From NCBI GenBank assembly GCA_965649765.1, contig OZ287754.1, positions 35,774,001-35,838,000 of the forward strand: DNA of 64,000 nucleotides. Reading direction: 5' to 3'. Position numbers and translations under genes: made by a program. Each line of letters opens with the position of its first letter. Positions within the stretch are counted from its first letter, which is position 1. This stretch comes from Bispira polyomma. Lineage: Eukaryota. Shown here in pieces: positions 1-13,282 of this stretch. Below the pieces are notes generated by a model, which saw nothing but the letters and a program-made list of their open reading frames with translations, was not told the DNA's origin and did not search any database.

Positions 1-720
1 CAATGTACCAATTCATGCCTTCAGTGACCCACGTATAGCTTACTAACAAAAAAACAGTACAAATGGCTGCCCCCTCCAGGTGAAACAGGAAGCTGAACAC
101 AGAAAGGTAATTATTGACATGGCCACATGGACAATTAGTTAATTCCGCAATTAAAAAGATACATACCTGGTACCACATTCAATTTAACTCTTCCAACAGT
201 GGATGCAATGACCAAAAACATCATCAAATTAGACATTATAAAAAGGAGCCCTGCTATATACGTTAGATATAAGTTACATGTTCCGTCACGTGAAGATAGA
301 CCCAGTCGAGTTACTAGGACCTAAGTTAAATAATACATATATATGCCTAAGCAATGCGGTGGGCTTTATCATGACATCACATGGACATGATGTCATCAAT
401 TGTATTGATGATGTCATTGGCTTCGGCCCTATCGCCACCATATATGAATCATTCAATATTCTACAAGATGTGTTCAAAGTGTTGGTTTCATGTTAAGCAG
501 AAATAAAGCAGTAGAATCAAGTACAAAGGTTGTATGCTTGGGCGTACTTATCAATACAGAAGACTATACTATCCCTATTGCAAAACCAGGCTACTTGAGA
601 ATATTTGGAACACATGGACTAGTATACAAAGAAGCCTACCTATTGGCATTTTTCTACCTTTTGCACCAGCTAGCAAGGTCTGACATGTTCTTTTCCAAAC
701 CTGCTTTAGTTTATGAGTAA
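1..720 (+). pseudogene. Scrambled YR-retrotransposon fragments (YR N-terminal piece, RT piece, YR piece)
   Basis: 1-60 resembles the Y3 YR sequence near 16800 (ttcatgccttcagtgaccc). RT motifs FRHVKIDP, INCIDD and VCLGVLI occur in 278-570, and EAYLLAFF at about 630-655. Confidence 0.7.
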
Positions 721-1206
721 CTCAAACTCCTAATGTGGCCTTGCTTTTGTAATTATCTATGTTTTTATACAATCTGTTCATAATGTAGAATGTACAATTT
801 CCCACCTGAATTAATTAGAATCTCACGTAATGAATAGAAATTGAGAGGACATAACACCATTTTAACTTTCAGTATATTATTCTCTGGTCAGATTTTATTT
901 TATAGAACGATTTATGAGCTTTTATTCTGATTTACAACTGGGCTATATATATATACACATATGTAATTGTGCACGTTGAGGATTGCTACAAAAAAAGCAT
1001 TCTAACTATTGGTGGAACCTGTTGTTGTGTTATTGACAACTTGCTTTGATATATGCAAATTCTGCTTTTTTGTTTGAGCCAGATATAATGATGATATCTA
1101 ATCTATCTTATTACAGCAAGATTTTGTCTCAAAGTAATTAAAAAATTTATGACCTCATTAGAATCCGCATATACCAAAGCACGGTGTGTGATTTCTATTT
1201 TCTAGA

Positions 1207-2170
1207 ATGCCACGTAGAAACTATTCAGCATGTGGTGAAAGCCATACAAAACGTGATGAAAGTGAATTTTTTTACCATGAGGATGCTACGGATGATACCT
1301 CTAAAACGGATACTAGTGACATTTTAAGTGCTGCAGTAAATTTATGTATTTTACAAGAACTGAAACAATTAGGTGAACGTATGTCAATAATGGAAGAGCG
1401 AGTTGAACTTTCTGAACAGCAGACTGTAGCTCCCTCCGCTATGGAAATTCCTGTTAAAGTATCCACTTTTGGGATCATTGCAACCACCAGCAGCACTGAT
1501 GATATCTTGGTCCCCTCATTGAGCACCTTGAAGATGTCGCAACAACTACTGCATGCAGTCAACTCCAGATTAAAGGAATTGGTAGACATGAATAAATCAA
1601 GTAACCACAAATCTCAGAGAGGAGGTCCTGATACTGTATGAGTCAATTGACAAGTCACTTGGCCACAAAACCATATTTAATTACTAATAACTATATTATT
1701 CTAAAACTCGTATGTCTAATGATAGTCTTTCCATGGCGCAATGGGTGTCTGGGTTTGGTGCTATAACCATAGGTAGGAGTAATGTTGAAGTTAAAAATTG
1801 TATGCCTGATTATATCCAATATCTAATGGAGGACAGCAATGATTTTTCATAGAAAGCGGCAAAAGGCAGTCATGCAGTCTTGCTATGCAAGATGGAGGAG
1901 GATAAGGTCTCATGGCATGAAATCCCTAAGAATGATCACATACGTAGTACACATGCCTAGAACGTATCAATCAGCAACCACGGGTCGCACTCCTCCCATA
2001 GCCATGGTAGAAAAACAAATGACAAGAGAATCCCTTGGGCTGATCATGAAACCAGGGGTCAGACGTATTTGCATGTATGTACTACATGCTTTATATTTGG
2101 CAAATATTTTCCGCATGCATCCAAAGATTGTAATCGAAACAAAGCTCAAAATATGTTAAATAACGAGTAG
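1207..2170 (+). pseudogene. Y1 gag-like ORF (stops and frameshifts)
   Basis: LQELKQLGERM coiled segment, VPSLSTLK and KSQRGG align by eye with the Y3 and Y5 gag. Confidence 0.65.
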
Positions 2171-2200
2171 GGCAATGCAAAACTTGCTAACAAGGCTTAG

Positions 2201-5200
2201 TAGTTGGGTCATTTACAGTACTTCCGTGACTGTGGAAAGCGAAGGTTCATTTCTCAGTGGATTTGTCTTTCATGAATGTTAAATAAAAAATTTAGCCTCC
2301 ATACCCCTCTCAAAAGTACAGGCTAAATCCGTAAGAGCCATTTTGAATATTATCTTTTTAATGATTTGGCCAACAATGCTGCATAGTACATCATTTCTGG
2401 GACTGTTTCGGTCAAGGAATTCATGTTTGATGTTAATTTGATGATTTAACCTATTTTTGACCTTAAAATTTAAAATGGCTGCCAATTTTTAACTCAGAAA
2501 ACTCAACTTTGCCTTCTGCTACACTAGCTTTTACCATGCCCACAGAAACCTGATGCGAGGTCACTGCCAGTGATGATATGGAGAGGTATGATAATATCTG
2601 AGAGCATTTAATGACAGTTAATAAATGAATGTTTACGTTTAATCCACAGATCACCTCAGATTTGTTGTGAAACATAAGCAGTTTGGACTCTAGTTCAATT
2701 GTTACAGTGTAGTTCCAAGTCCCCGCTTGGCAAAAGGAGACATCAGTATTGTGTCAGCTTCTGGATGCTTGAAGACATAATCCCCACTTGCCACACCTGT
2801 GGTCAGGTTGGTTGATGTTGCTCCCTCACAGTTTATGATTCCCTCCTGCACTTTAACAACTTGTGCTTTCAACTGTTCCTTCACAAGCTTCAGCTTCTGC
2901 AGTCTGACACTGTTCCTTAAATTTACCATAAGTTTGTTGAACTCAACAGCTCCTGAAAATGTGTCCTTTGGCTGGGGGAAAACATTTGGGATGTGTGGAT
3001 ATTTAGCTGACTGGAGATCATGCTCATCATCCTTGATGCTGAAGGGAAGGTCTTTGATAAGAATGATGAGGCTTGCGATGATAAAACAGATCTTATCCAG
3101 GTAATCATTCAAGCGGTACTCTGATCTGTCCTGCTTCCTAGTCTTGCGGTTCTTAGGGGTGGGGGTAGCTAGCTGCCAGATAAGCCCGTGTCCACGAGGC
3201 TGATATAATCCTGTGGTTGGTCAGTAACTGTGTCTAAGGGTAAACAGCTTGCTTTTCACGGTCTTGCACATTGACCTATCTACAATGCAGATTGAGAGGC
3301 ACTCCTCAGTGACTGTCCTCTCAAGGGGTGATCCCAGTTTGATCAAGCCTGATCCCTCCACAAGTTTAACCAGAGCTACATGTCTCGATCTATCCATATG
3401 AGCAACCTTCATAGATACACCAGGTGGTGCACAGATTTGTTCTGATTGTTCTGATTTGTCAACCTGAGCTTGACCAGGGGCCGCGGTGGCCTAGTGGTTA
3501 GCAAGCACTGCACTTCACAATCACTGGTCTCTCACCTCTGGGCGGCGTGAGTTCGAATCCCATCGATGCCTATGTGGGAAAGGTGATAGTTCCCTACTGT
3601 GGGCCGCTGGTTTCAGTGCAGAACCTTGATCAACTGTATGCAGTGTTTCCTCCAGCGTTTCCAACTACCCGTGCCAATATAACCTAAACAGGTACTAGAG
3701 TGGACGTTAAATATCCAAATTCAAATTCATTTCAAAACCTGAGCTTGACCATCTGCAATTGTAGTCTTTAATTCACATCCCAAATCTGGTCAGGCAAATA
3801 GGCCATCCTGTAGTGACCTCAATGCAGGTGAGGAGATGTCAAAGGACTCAGCTTCAATATCATTCATGCATGTCTGCAAGTCCTGAACTGCTTGCTTATC
3901 TTTCTTCATTCTTGCTGGCTGCTTTTTGTGGTGACAGTGGTACTTGAGGTTCTGTTTCACATTAATCCTCATCCTTGCGATGTTGTTTACATTCCTTGTT
4001 ATTGAGAACAGTTGCTTCTCATTCTAAAGAATCTGAAGCCACCCTGAAGCTTAAGTTTAAAATTCAGATTCATACCAGTTTCTATCCAAAAATATAGTGG
4101 TTGGCAGGAGTATGGTAGCCCTGTCATTGACTGGTTGAAGTGATTGTCAAAGAAGGACGTTTGTTCCTGTGACAGTGAAGACAGCAAAACCCAATAATCA
4201 GGCAACCACCTTCCATAGACATTATTATTCTATGCCATCAGTCCAGGCAACATGTTGTATATTGATGAAAGGTACTAACGGCCATTTCTATCATTGCATG
4301 CATCAATACTTTGGACAAGAGAATCCAGCATCTCTAGGAATAAAATTCAAAGGTCCCCTAAGGTCCGCTGGGTTTCTTGTAAACGTTATTGATCAGTTTC
4401 TCCATGTCATCATCATTCTGAAGATCAGTGTAAACTCCCTGTAGAGCATCATGTGTAATAGTCAGTTAACGTTTTTCTTGATATTCTGTTATAGTTCCTC
4501 ATGATCAAGAATTTCTCTTTCTGGATAAGAGCCTCTCTCCACATCCCGCCTTTTATGCTTTCCTTGTTGTGCTTGGTTCAACATACCCCTCCACTATTAC
4601 CTCTGCAGTAACCAGAGTGTTTGCCATGCCAGAGCCTTTGAATCTATATTTCATAGCGTAGATGCAGGACATGTGCTAGTGAAATGCACCAATAATTGGT
4701 ATAAGCAGCATGATCGTCTTGCAGGTGTGCTTGCAACGAGAAAAGGAGAATGGAATATTCTTCCTGTGCATAGCAGCCACAAATTTAACTATGATGTAAT
4801 ACACCACTGACTTTTTGGTAGTTCAGGATAGGTTGTATGGCAGTAGGGCTTACTCTTGTTGGGTGATGCATTGCAGAAGTACTGGGCACTAATCTATTAA
4901 TGTCAGGCATCTTCCAAAGCCCAACACCATTGACAAAATTGTTAAAACTGTAGTCCGTTTCCAATGCAAACTCGTGATCGGAGGGACGTAAAAGAAATCT
5001 ATGAAGAGATGGGCCTTTAGGTTACTTCTAAAGCCAGAGAGGGGTTCCTAGGGTCTTATATTTGTTGGTAAATTATTCAATAGGGTAGGTGCTGCAACAG
5101 AGAAGGCATAGGATCCAATCCATTTACTGGTTCTGGTATCAGAGACTGAAATATCTACATGTCAAATTTATTCAACTACATACAATTTGTTCAGTTATCT

Positions 5201-5668
5201 CCAGTGATGTTGTAATCATGGAGAATGAAGGTTTGCTTCTTACCGATCACAAACATGAACCTCTTTTTACCTCTGAGATAAACTTTATGCATTTAGTTTT
5301 ACTGTCTTTAACACAACTCCACATCGACACAGCTTTCATTAGAGCCTATTATGAAGGCTTTATGATGACTTTAACATATTTAGCTTTCTGAGTTGAAAAT
5401 TGGCAGCCATCTTGAATTTAAAGTTCAAAAGTAGGTTAAATCATCAAATAACAACAAATATGCATTTCTTGACCCAAAAAGTCACAGAAATGAAGTACTA
5501 TGCAGCATAGAAGGCCATTTTGAATTAGCTGCTTTTGCGGATTTAGCCGTTTTTTTTGGGAGGGGCATGGGGGCTAAATTTTTTATTTACCCTACAAAGA
5601 AGACAGGTCCACTGAGAAACGAACCTTCGCTCTCCACTGTCACAGAAGTACTGTAAATGACACAACTA
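2201..5668 (-). mobile_element. Academ-superfamily DNA transposon (deleted/degraded) with about 290-bp TIRs
   Basis: TAGTTGGGTCATTTACAGTACTTCCG at 2201 is the reverse complement of ...AAGTACTGTAAATGACACAACTA ending at 5668, and homology extends about 290 bp. Minus-strand remnants include HPEADTIL (XPG-like HEEADT motif) and ARMKKDKQAVQDL. No TSD is recognisable. Confidence 0.75.
3477..3735 (+). mobile_element. tRNA-derived SINE copy 1, nested in Academ
   Basis: A box GGTGGCCTAGTGG and B box GAGTTCGAATCC. 16-bp TSD AACCTGAGCTTGACCA at 3461-3476 and 3736-3751. Confidence 0.92.
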
Positions 5669-5679
5669 TGTAGGCATGC

Positions 5680-6090
5680 TGTAATAACCAGGTGTACACT
5701 AAAGCAATTCCTATTGGTTTTCAAAATTATACAATAATGCACTTAGAGATGCACAATATCCTAGTAGCAATAAGAGTCTGGAAACACCAGTGGAAGGGAA
5801 AAAAGTTATTGGTTCACTGTGCCAACCAAGTTTTTGTCACTTTCCTAAATTCAGGCGAAACCTATGACCCCACCTTAGCTGCAATAGCTAGAAATATACT
5901 AATGAAAATTGCCAATGCAGACATTGAGTTAAAAACAATTCGTATCCTAGGAAAAAACAATGTCAGGACTGACCTTCTATCCTGATGGGCACTCACACCC
6001 AATAATATACTCAAACTTGTTTAGAGAGTACACAATCAAATCTGGCTGCAGGTCACAGATGACCTACTACAACTAGATTGGTCTATCTAA
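5680..6090 (+). pseudogene. Y1 RNase H domain (DIRS type)
   Basis: HLEMHNILVAIRVW...HCANQ...GKNNVRTDLLS. Confidence 0.8.
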
Positions 6091-6513
6091 AAAAATTGAT
6101 TATTTTTAGGTATCACAAGTTAGGTGGCAAAAATGGCACCCAAAGCAGTCTCTTAAGCAAAGTTCTTCAGAGAGTCAGGCAGTTATTGGCCTGAAAGACA
6201 TATTCACTGATTGGGAATAACCTTAAAAACAAACTATAGTAAGTAAAGTAAAATTATATTACCTCAGACACTGACATATTTTTAAGAAAAAACACTAAAT
6301 AATATGTCTTTATCTAAGATGTATGTGTAATGAATTTACTATCATATTTGAGTGATGTCAAGCTAAGCAAAGGCATAAAATTGTTGCTATAATGAATTTT
6401 ATATGTATTGCTTATTTAACTGTTACCAGGTTGACAGGTCGAATTTGAGTTAAACACTAGTAACATTTTGTGTACAGATAATAAAAACGTTTTTTTTTCA
6501 AAAAATAAATAAA

Positions 6514-6785
6514 GGGGGCCGCAGTGGCCTAGTGGTTAGCAAGTATTGCGCTTTACAATCACTGGTTTTTCACCTCTGGGATTGGCTGGCGTGGGTTCCA
6601 CTCCTGTCAATGCCTATGTGGTAAAGGTTGTAGTTCCTTAGTGTGGGACGCTGGTCTTAGTGCAGAATCTTGATCAACTGTTTGCAGTGTTTCCTCCAGC
6701 TTTTTCAACTACCCGCTCCAATATAATCTATATAGATACTAGAGTGGACGTTAAATATCCCAAATTCAAATTAAAAAAAAAAAAT
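6514..6785 (+). mobile_element. tRNA-derived SINE copy 2 (more diverged)
   Basis: Colinear with 3477-3735 and ends in an A-rich tail. Confidence 0.88.
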
Positions 6786-7142
6786 TCACTATATACCTTC
6801 GAAGATTCGGTATCTTTAAATATTCTTAAATCTTCATGTATTGTCTATATATGGCTGTATGTTATTTTTTAACATTTAATTTGACTTATTAGGCAGCTCT
6901 ATACTGTATATGTTTGTTTTTTACATATTTGTCAAAACAAATTTGTTATTTATTAGAGAAAAATTCAGTAAATTATTATTGAGTGTTTTTGAGTTATGGA
7001 TGTGCTTCTTTTTTAACACATAGACTGTTAAAAGAATATTATTTAGCATTCAGAACATCTGTTATATATTTCACATTTATTTGAAAAAAGCAATAGTAAA
7101 TGATTGAACTGTTTCATTAGTTATGGATGTATTACTTGTTAA

Positions 7143-7975
7143 GGCTTTAGTAACGTAAACACAAAAAAACGATCGCCGCTACAGCAAGTTGTGAAGGAAT
7201 CACTGTCAAGAAACATACACTACATTCTTATAAAGGCCTCAAAGTCAATTTTTAAATACGATTTTTGGTATATAAGTTGTGAAAATGATAGAGGACAGAT
7301 TAAATAACAATTCAAGCTAAATTTTATAAATTTTAACATTGATTCTGACAATTTATCAGCAACAAATACTACGTATAAGAAGGTGTAAAATTGTAAGAAA
7401 AACATGAATATTTGTCGAAGAACACCTTTCACAAACGTGACACATACCAAGAAGGTATCAATGCTGAAATATTGTACATGACTAGAAACAGGAAAACATC
7501 AGCAATATTTTGAATGAATTCGTTTTTTCATAAAGTACAAGACAGGGATAATTTTAGAAAAAACATTAAAGTTACACTCTTCTGAACAAAAAGATACTTT
7601 GTATTCTTCGTTTATATAACGTAGGGAAACCTATTTAAAATGTAATTCATTCAAAACAATATACACATTTTTTAAAGTTGTGTAGTTTAAATAATCTCTT
7701 CATATACGCTGGATCAATACTCGTATTGTGTCACAATAGAAGGGGCTCTCTGTGAGACTTGTTTACAAATGTGACGTTTCACCATAGATTTCAAATTGTG
7801 TGACGTAACAATACAAGATAACAATGTAACAATGGTAATTGCATATAAAAATTATTAAAACCGTTACTAAAGACTTATTTTAAAGCTGCCATAGTGAGTA
7901 CTTATGGTTAAAATATTTTCGAAGGTGCAGTATAATTTATAAGCTGCGCATTTGTGTGTTTACGTTACTAAAGCC
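7143..7975. mobile_element. Non-autonomous DNA transposon (MITE), Kolobok-like
   Basis: Perfect 21-bp TIR GGCTTTAGTAACGTAAACACA with TTAA on both sides (7139-7142, 7976-7979). GG termini plus a TTAA TSD fit Kolobok. Confidence 0.8.
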
Positions 7976-8379
7976 TTAAACATATATATTATTAAAATAA
8001 TATTATTTAACATTTAGACAAAATTTGTTTTAATTTTGAAAACACACAATTTTGTTGACTTGAAATTTTGAAAAAATAAATGTCATAGTAAAGCTGCCTT
8101 GAAATATATAGAAAATGTTCAGGCCTTCTGTGCTAATTAATAATATACACAGTCACAATCCCATTCCACAAGATTGAAATTCAATAAGATCTCGTTTAGT
8201 TTACCAGTCTGACAGGATTTGCAGAAAAAGGGGAATTTTAAGGACGAGATGTGAAGTCTCGTTAGGGTAACAAGTCTCATAAGGGTGAGAGGTTAAAAAT
8301 CGTTATTGCATTGGGCAAATCTACTTTTATTAGACCTAACACATGGTTAAAATAAACAGCCCAAGCCCCAAAACAGTAT

Positions 8380-9279
8380 TTATAGGGTAAAGTAGTTGAT
8401 AAGTTTCTGGAAAGTTAGGAGAATGGAATGGTGTTGTGATGTATTCTTGCCTATGTACGCCCACACAGCGTCACTTCTCCAAACCCCATGCATCTTTATG
8501 TTATTATAGGATACGTTGGCTTCATACGCCAGGGTCACCGCCAACCTTCTAAATGTGTGAAAGCCGTGCCTGAGTAAAGGTATATTGAGGACTCTCAAGA
8601 TAGATGTCATTGACTGTGACAAAATGTGATAATCCTCAGTGAGGAAAAGAGGTGAGTCTGGTGGCAGGTAAGCTTTCTGAAACAGTGCTTTAATGTTATG
8701 AACAGAACACATGGGAGGATATTTCAATGGTAATTTAACTACATGTGTCTGATTAGGGGACTGTAGATTTTTGGCCCATTTTAGGTTCAAATGAATCCCT
8801 GGGTACTGGAAAGTTACGTCTGACTGACACAGATTCCTACTAGGATCAATGAGAAGCAATGTTGGAAATTCTCAGAAAACCATAAAATGCCATCAGATAC
8901 ACAGTCCTGTATACTAACGTACTCTCATGCATGGAAAATAAATGTGAAATATCTCTACTGTTATGAATATTGAAATTGCCTTTTGGCCTGGGTGTGAAAA
9001 CCCCTCCCAAGAATAAAGATATCAATAATACTGACCAAAATGATACCTTATGGCATCCACATGGTTATTCACAACCCTATATAACACACACTGAGAGGCC
9101 ATAAACTCCAAAAAGGCCAAAACTGAGGGTAATGTGTCCCATTCTACAAACCTACATTGCATCATATATGCTACAAACATTTTAAATTGCTTCAATTACT
9201 GCCTTTGTCGAAGGCCTAATAGCTAACCCTGAACGCTTCAACGCATCTTGCAGTGTGTCCTGCATGTCCTGTGACATAC
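8380..9279 (-). pseudogene. Y2 tyrosine recombinase (frameshifted)
   Basis: LKWAKNLQ, HGFHTFRR and HGVWRSDAVWAY catalytic motifs. Confidence 0.85.
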
Positions 9280-9299
9280 CTAAAAATACAACAAAATGA

Positions 9300-10754
9300 C
9301 TTGGCTATATACCAATATCTATACAGCCACAGGCTGTCTTGCTGGACCTTTGTTGTTACACACTCACTAAAATCTCGCCTAACCTGTCCATCAGAGGACC
9401 TGGAAAGCTTGTCAGCGACTACATTATCAACACCTTTAATATGAAACACCTCCAAATTTATATTATATTGGACTACAAGGTACCAAATATTTCTTAGACA
9501 AAGCTATGAACATATCACAAGTCTTTCCTGTATTTATAACACTGACTGCTGCTGCATTATTGCACCTAATGCCTATGCTAATATCTCACTACTGCAGGCC
9601 CCATACTCTCAATGCAACTAATACATTGTGCATCTCGTAATGTGAAATGGATTGTGTATCTACCAATTCTCACGGGAGGTCTACCGAATAAACCTGGTCT
9701 CGTTTGGAAACTGTTTCCCTCAACAAATTAACCTCACACTCGTCTAATATACTACTGAGCTTTTCCTGAGTGATGCTGAAGGTGGCCTCTGTAACATCCA
9801 CCAGTATACCCAAGATGGTGATGCTTTTAGATGGGGGTGAAACCTTCTTCGGGTTTAAAGGGAGACCCAGGTTTTCAATAACTGTAATCAATGTTTCAAA
9901 ACCTTTGGTTGCCATGATATAGCGTATATAGTCAGAAATGCGCTGGAAAATTGCAGTCCCCTGTACTGCTCCAAAAGCAAGGCTTTGGTCCCAATAGCAC
10001 TCCCCCCCCTCCACTCTATCCCCAAATGTACTGCGTCAGCAGGGTCTATGTGTATGTTTCTGAAAGTATGTAAAATATCTGCTTTCACCAGTCTCGCATT
10101 CTGACCCAATTTCACGAGATCTGGGACTAGAGATTCTAAGGCTGGGAGGACCAGTTTAAAGGGCAAGTCATCATAAGTATCCTTTGTGGTGGCCTTATTG
10201 ACCGAAAAGTCCCTATAAGAAAGGTCAAGAATGACACACCTATCAACCAAGTCTTTCTCCCTAGTCATGAGAGGCGACCATGTGAATGAGGGGTGCGGTA
10301 TAGTTTCAAAAGGGCCCACCATTGCCTTGTGTGCTATTTCAGTCTCCAAATACTTATCAATGGCTTCAGGGTACAAACAAGCAGAATGGTGGTTCTCACC
10401 TACTGAGGTCAAAATCTTACTAAGAGAATCAAGCCCTAAGGGGAACCCAAAGCACAAATAGTCCAATAGTCTTTGGTCATGATAACCTGTCATATTTTCC
10501 TCCCAATAAGAAATTTTAGGACTTATTGTCAAAGGAAATCTACAGGATTTATAGTTGACCACTTTAGAAGATTTAATTTGAGAAACCATATAAGCATACT
10601 GCTCTACATCAGACATATCTAGTTTAGGACCCTGACGTACCTGACTGCTACACGTATTATTAGCAACAAAACCCACTGTTCTATCGTGTGGAACCCCACA
10701 ATGCTTATTTTTAACTTTTTGTACATCAACACTATTAATTACAACAGACAACAA
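9300..10754 (-). pseudogene. Y2 RT-RNase H (frameshifted; the YxDD region appears deleted)
   Basis: FGFPL, SPLMTREK, KADILHTFRNIHIDP, LAFGAVQG, HIKGVDNVVADKLSR. Confidence 0.85.
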
Positions 10755-13096
10755 AGGTAGTCAAATACAAGACAACACTCTTAAAATCTTTTAAATTGTT
10801 ATATGGCCCATGAGCATGGTTGATACAATGTTCCAGAGGTCAGTATAGTCCCTGAAGAAACTCTTTCACGGAACGCGAGAGTTTAACCCATCACCATTAG
10901 TTGTAGTAGGGAAATACGTGAGCGCGTGATTCGAGAACAGCAGCCAGTACTGGCCTTTTCAGTGGAATTTTTCTTCTTGTGGCACCCAGCCTCAGTGTGA
11001 TAATTGTTCCGTTTCAGTGACCGAAAACAGTACAGGCACACATGTCTAAAGAGGGTAGTAGCTGAGGCGTCAGGGTGATTGTTTTGATGTGAACAAGTTC
11101 CTTCATTAAACCATTTACATGGAACTTTCTTTGGTTTTGATTCGCTAGCAGCGTGTGCAGCAGTCGTGGTTTTGTTGGATAACGTTGTAGAGCTGCTAAA
11201 GACGGCAGACTGGGAGTATGTCATCTTATTCTCATCTAGTTTCCGGGTGTTGTCCATTTGACCACTTCCACCTGATGCATCGAGACCGCATAAGCACCGC
11301 GTGCAAAGGGCCACGAAAGATTTTCGGATAACTTGTCATCGTTTCTGACAATTCTCAAAGCATGGCCCGAGAAGTTGCTGTGTCTTTGGTCTCCAAAAAC
11401 TGGTCTGTCATAGGGAACAACGTGTTAGAGTTAACATCCCTGACCATTGATGCAGTATGCTGAGGAGTTTTAAGGCCTAAAGGCAAAACTGAAGGCTGAA
11501 AAGTTTGTTGGAAAGATCCAGTCTCGCTGTTCTAAGACAACAAGTTCTGTTGAACTGGTCTTTGTTGGATCCCTTGAATCCCCATGAAGTCATGTACAGG
11601 AGGCTGATACTGGTAAATGTTCTGTGGTGCGCTTGTAGTCTAAGTGGTGATCACTGTGGTGGTTGTGTAAAGGTTTGCTGTTGAGTGAAAGTCTGGTGCT
11701 GTAAAAAGTCTAGCCTCTCAACTCCTGTCCCTTCCAACTCTCGCGTTGCCTTAGCTTTCTTTGTGCGTGCTGGCGTCTCCTTTTTTGTCCTAGGATCTTT
11801 TACAATAACTGACACGTCCTTAAACGGATGCGCAATTCTCGAGCCTTCAATCCCGTCCTCAGGGCAGACACGTGCTTCCTCACCCGCAGCTTGTCTTTTT
11901 CGGTCAGACCCGCCATCTTGGTTTCCATATTTTCTAGTTTCTGATCATAAGGTTTGTATTGTAGCCATCATAGAGGCAAACAAAAGGGGAAAAAAGGGGG
12001 AAAAAGAAGGAAAAATGTAAACTTCTTTATGGTGTCTTCTAATATAGCTCTCACTGTTTTATATTAGTGCCCTTTTAGACCTATTGTACTTAAACTAAAA
12101 GCCTTGTATCTATGATGTGCATTTATATATATATATATATATTCTTGAATAATACTTTTTAATATATAAGTATGTTTGTTTACACTTAGAATAATAAACC
12201 CGGTAATAGTTTTTAAATAAAAAGTATCTATCTAAACTTTTTTGCAAACACCTGTCAGTTTTGTTTGTTCCTTGAATTGTATAGTAAATACAGTTTATAC
12301 TCTTCAAACATATTACAGTTTTTGGACTGTTAAAATGTGTAGGTTTATAGTTACCAAGTGTTATTTAAAACATTTTGATAAATAGATTTGAGTACTCCTT
12401 TTCATATTAGCCTTGTTCAGATGTATAACTACTCATTAAAAAACTGGTCTAGAGTTGAACCTCAATGGGTGGAACACTGTTTTACTCTTTTGATCATCTT
12501 TCTTTAGTAAAAGTTGTCTAAAAGTATGTATATTTGATATAAATTATAGGTTTTGAAATATATAATTACCCACTAAATATTTTATATAAAATAAATAAAT
12601 AATTCTCAAATTTTTATACCAACTGTCTGCATATTACCTGGGTAAATAGAAGTTAGTCAATACTCTTCTTCAGATTATCTTTATGCTATTTATTTAGCAC
12701 ATAATTATGCTAATGACATGTATATACATGCTGATTTATTTTTGTACATATGTACTGTATATTATGCATATTATGTAGTGTATGCTTCATGTCTATTTGT
12801 TAGCCACATTTGTCTGATTTTTAAGCATCTTATTTTGTTGTTATGTGTTTAGTGAAAAACGTATCACAAAGTTTTATGTAAACTAATGAATTTTTCAGGA
12901 TCAAAAAATTCTAAAAACATTTGAATGGTTCAATATTGTGAGCTTTAAGCATGATCAACCCATTTTATCGCACAGTCAGCAATCTATACATTATGAACGT
13001 GTCAATTCAAAATAGTTTAAAACTGTTGTCAGTAAACTGTCAGGGCTAGTAATAGATATGCAATTACGGTGGGCTGACGCCTTGGCGACAACCCCC

Positions 13097-13164
13097 TCAG
13101 TTCTGGCAGCAGGCAAATGGAGGACCAATTAGGTTACCTGAGGTCAAGGGGCCAGATATAAAAG
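13097..13164 (+). promoter_or_regulatory. Putative internal Pol II promoter of Y3 (CCAAT plus TATA)
   Basis: TCAGTTCTGG...CCAATTAGGT...TATAAAAG is conserved upstream of gag in Y5 (30479-30543) and partly in Y7 (40788-40846). Confidence 0.55.
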
Positions 13165-13282
13165 GGATTGGCGCCAACAAGCACCATCATTAATTTCGTA
13201 GCATCACATAAAGTAAGAGTGTTTTGCAAATTGGGGCTTTTACTACCCTATTTTATTATTTTAAACTGTTAACTTGTTAAAT

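Larger units (their letters stand above)
940..6160 (+). mobile_element. Y1: degraded Ngaro-like YR retrotransposon, RT deleted, interrupted by Academ; boundaries approximate
   Basis: gag remnant 1207-2170 (KSQRGG motif), DIRS-type RNase H 5680-6090, start of YR after 6110. Confidence 0.7.
8100..12000 (-). mobile_element. Y2: degraded Ngaro-like YR retrotransposon; boundaries approximate
   Basis: gag with Cys/His fingers (10883-11930), RT (9670-10754), RNase H (about 9300-9660), YR (8380-9279). Confidence 0.85.

Noticed and set aside
3477-3565. tRNA gene
   Set aside because: A and B boxes are present, but this is the head of a five-copy SINE with body, tail and TSDs.
2195-5675. TSD for the Academ element
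   Set aside because: The flanks (CTTAG / TGTAG) do not give a clear duplication, and an adjacent deletion of the Y1 RT is likely.
10883-10990. Natural stop-free gag-pol fusion in Y2 (GAA AAG GCC)
   Set aside because: Single decayed copy; a TAG-to-AAG mutation cannot be distinguished from a real fusion.
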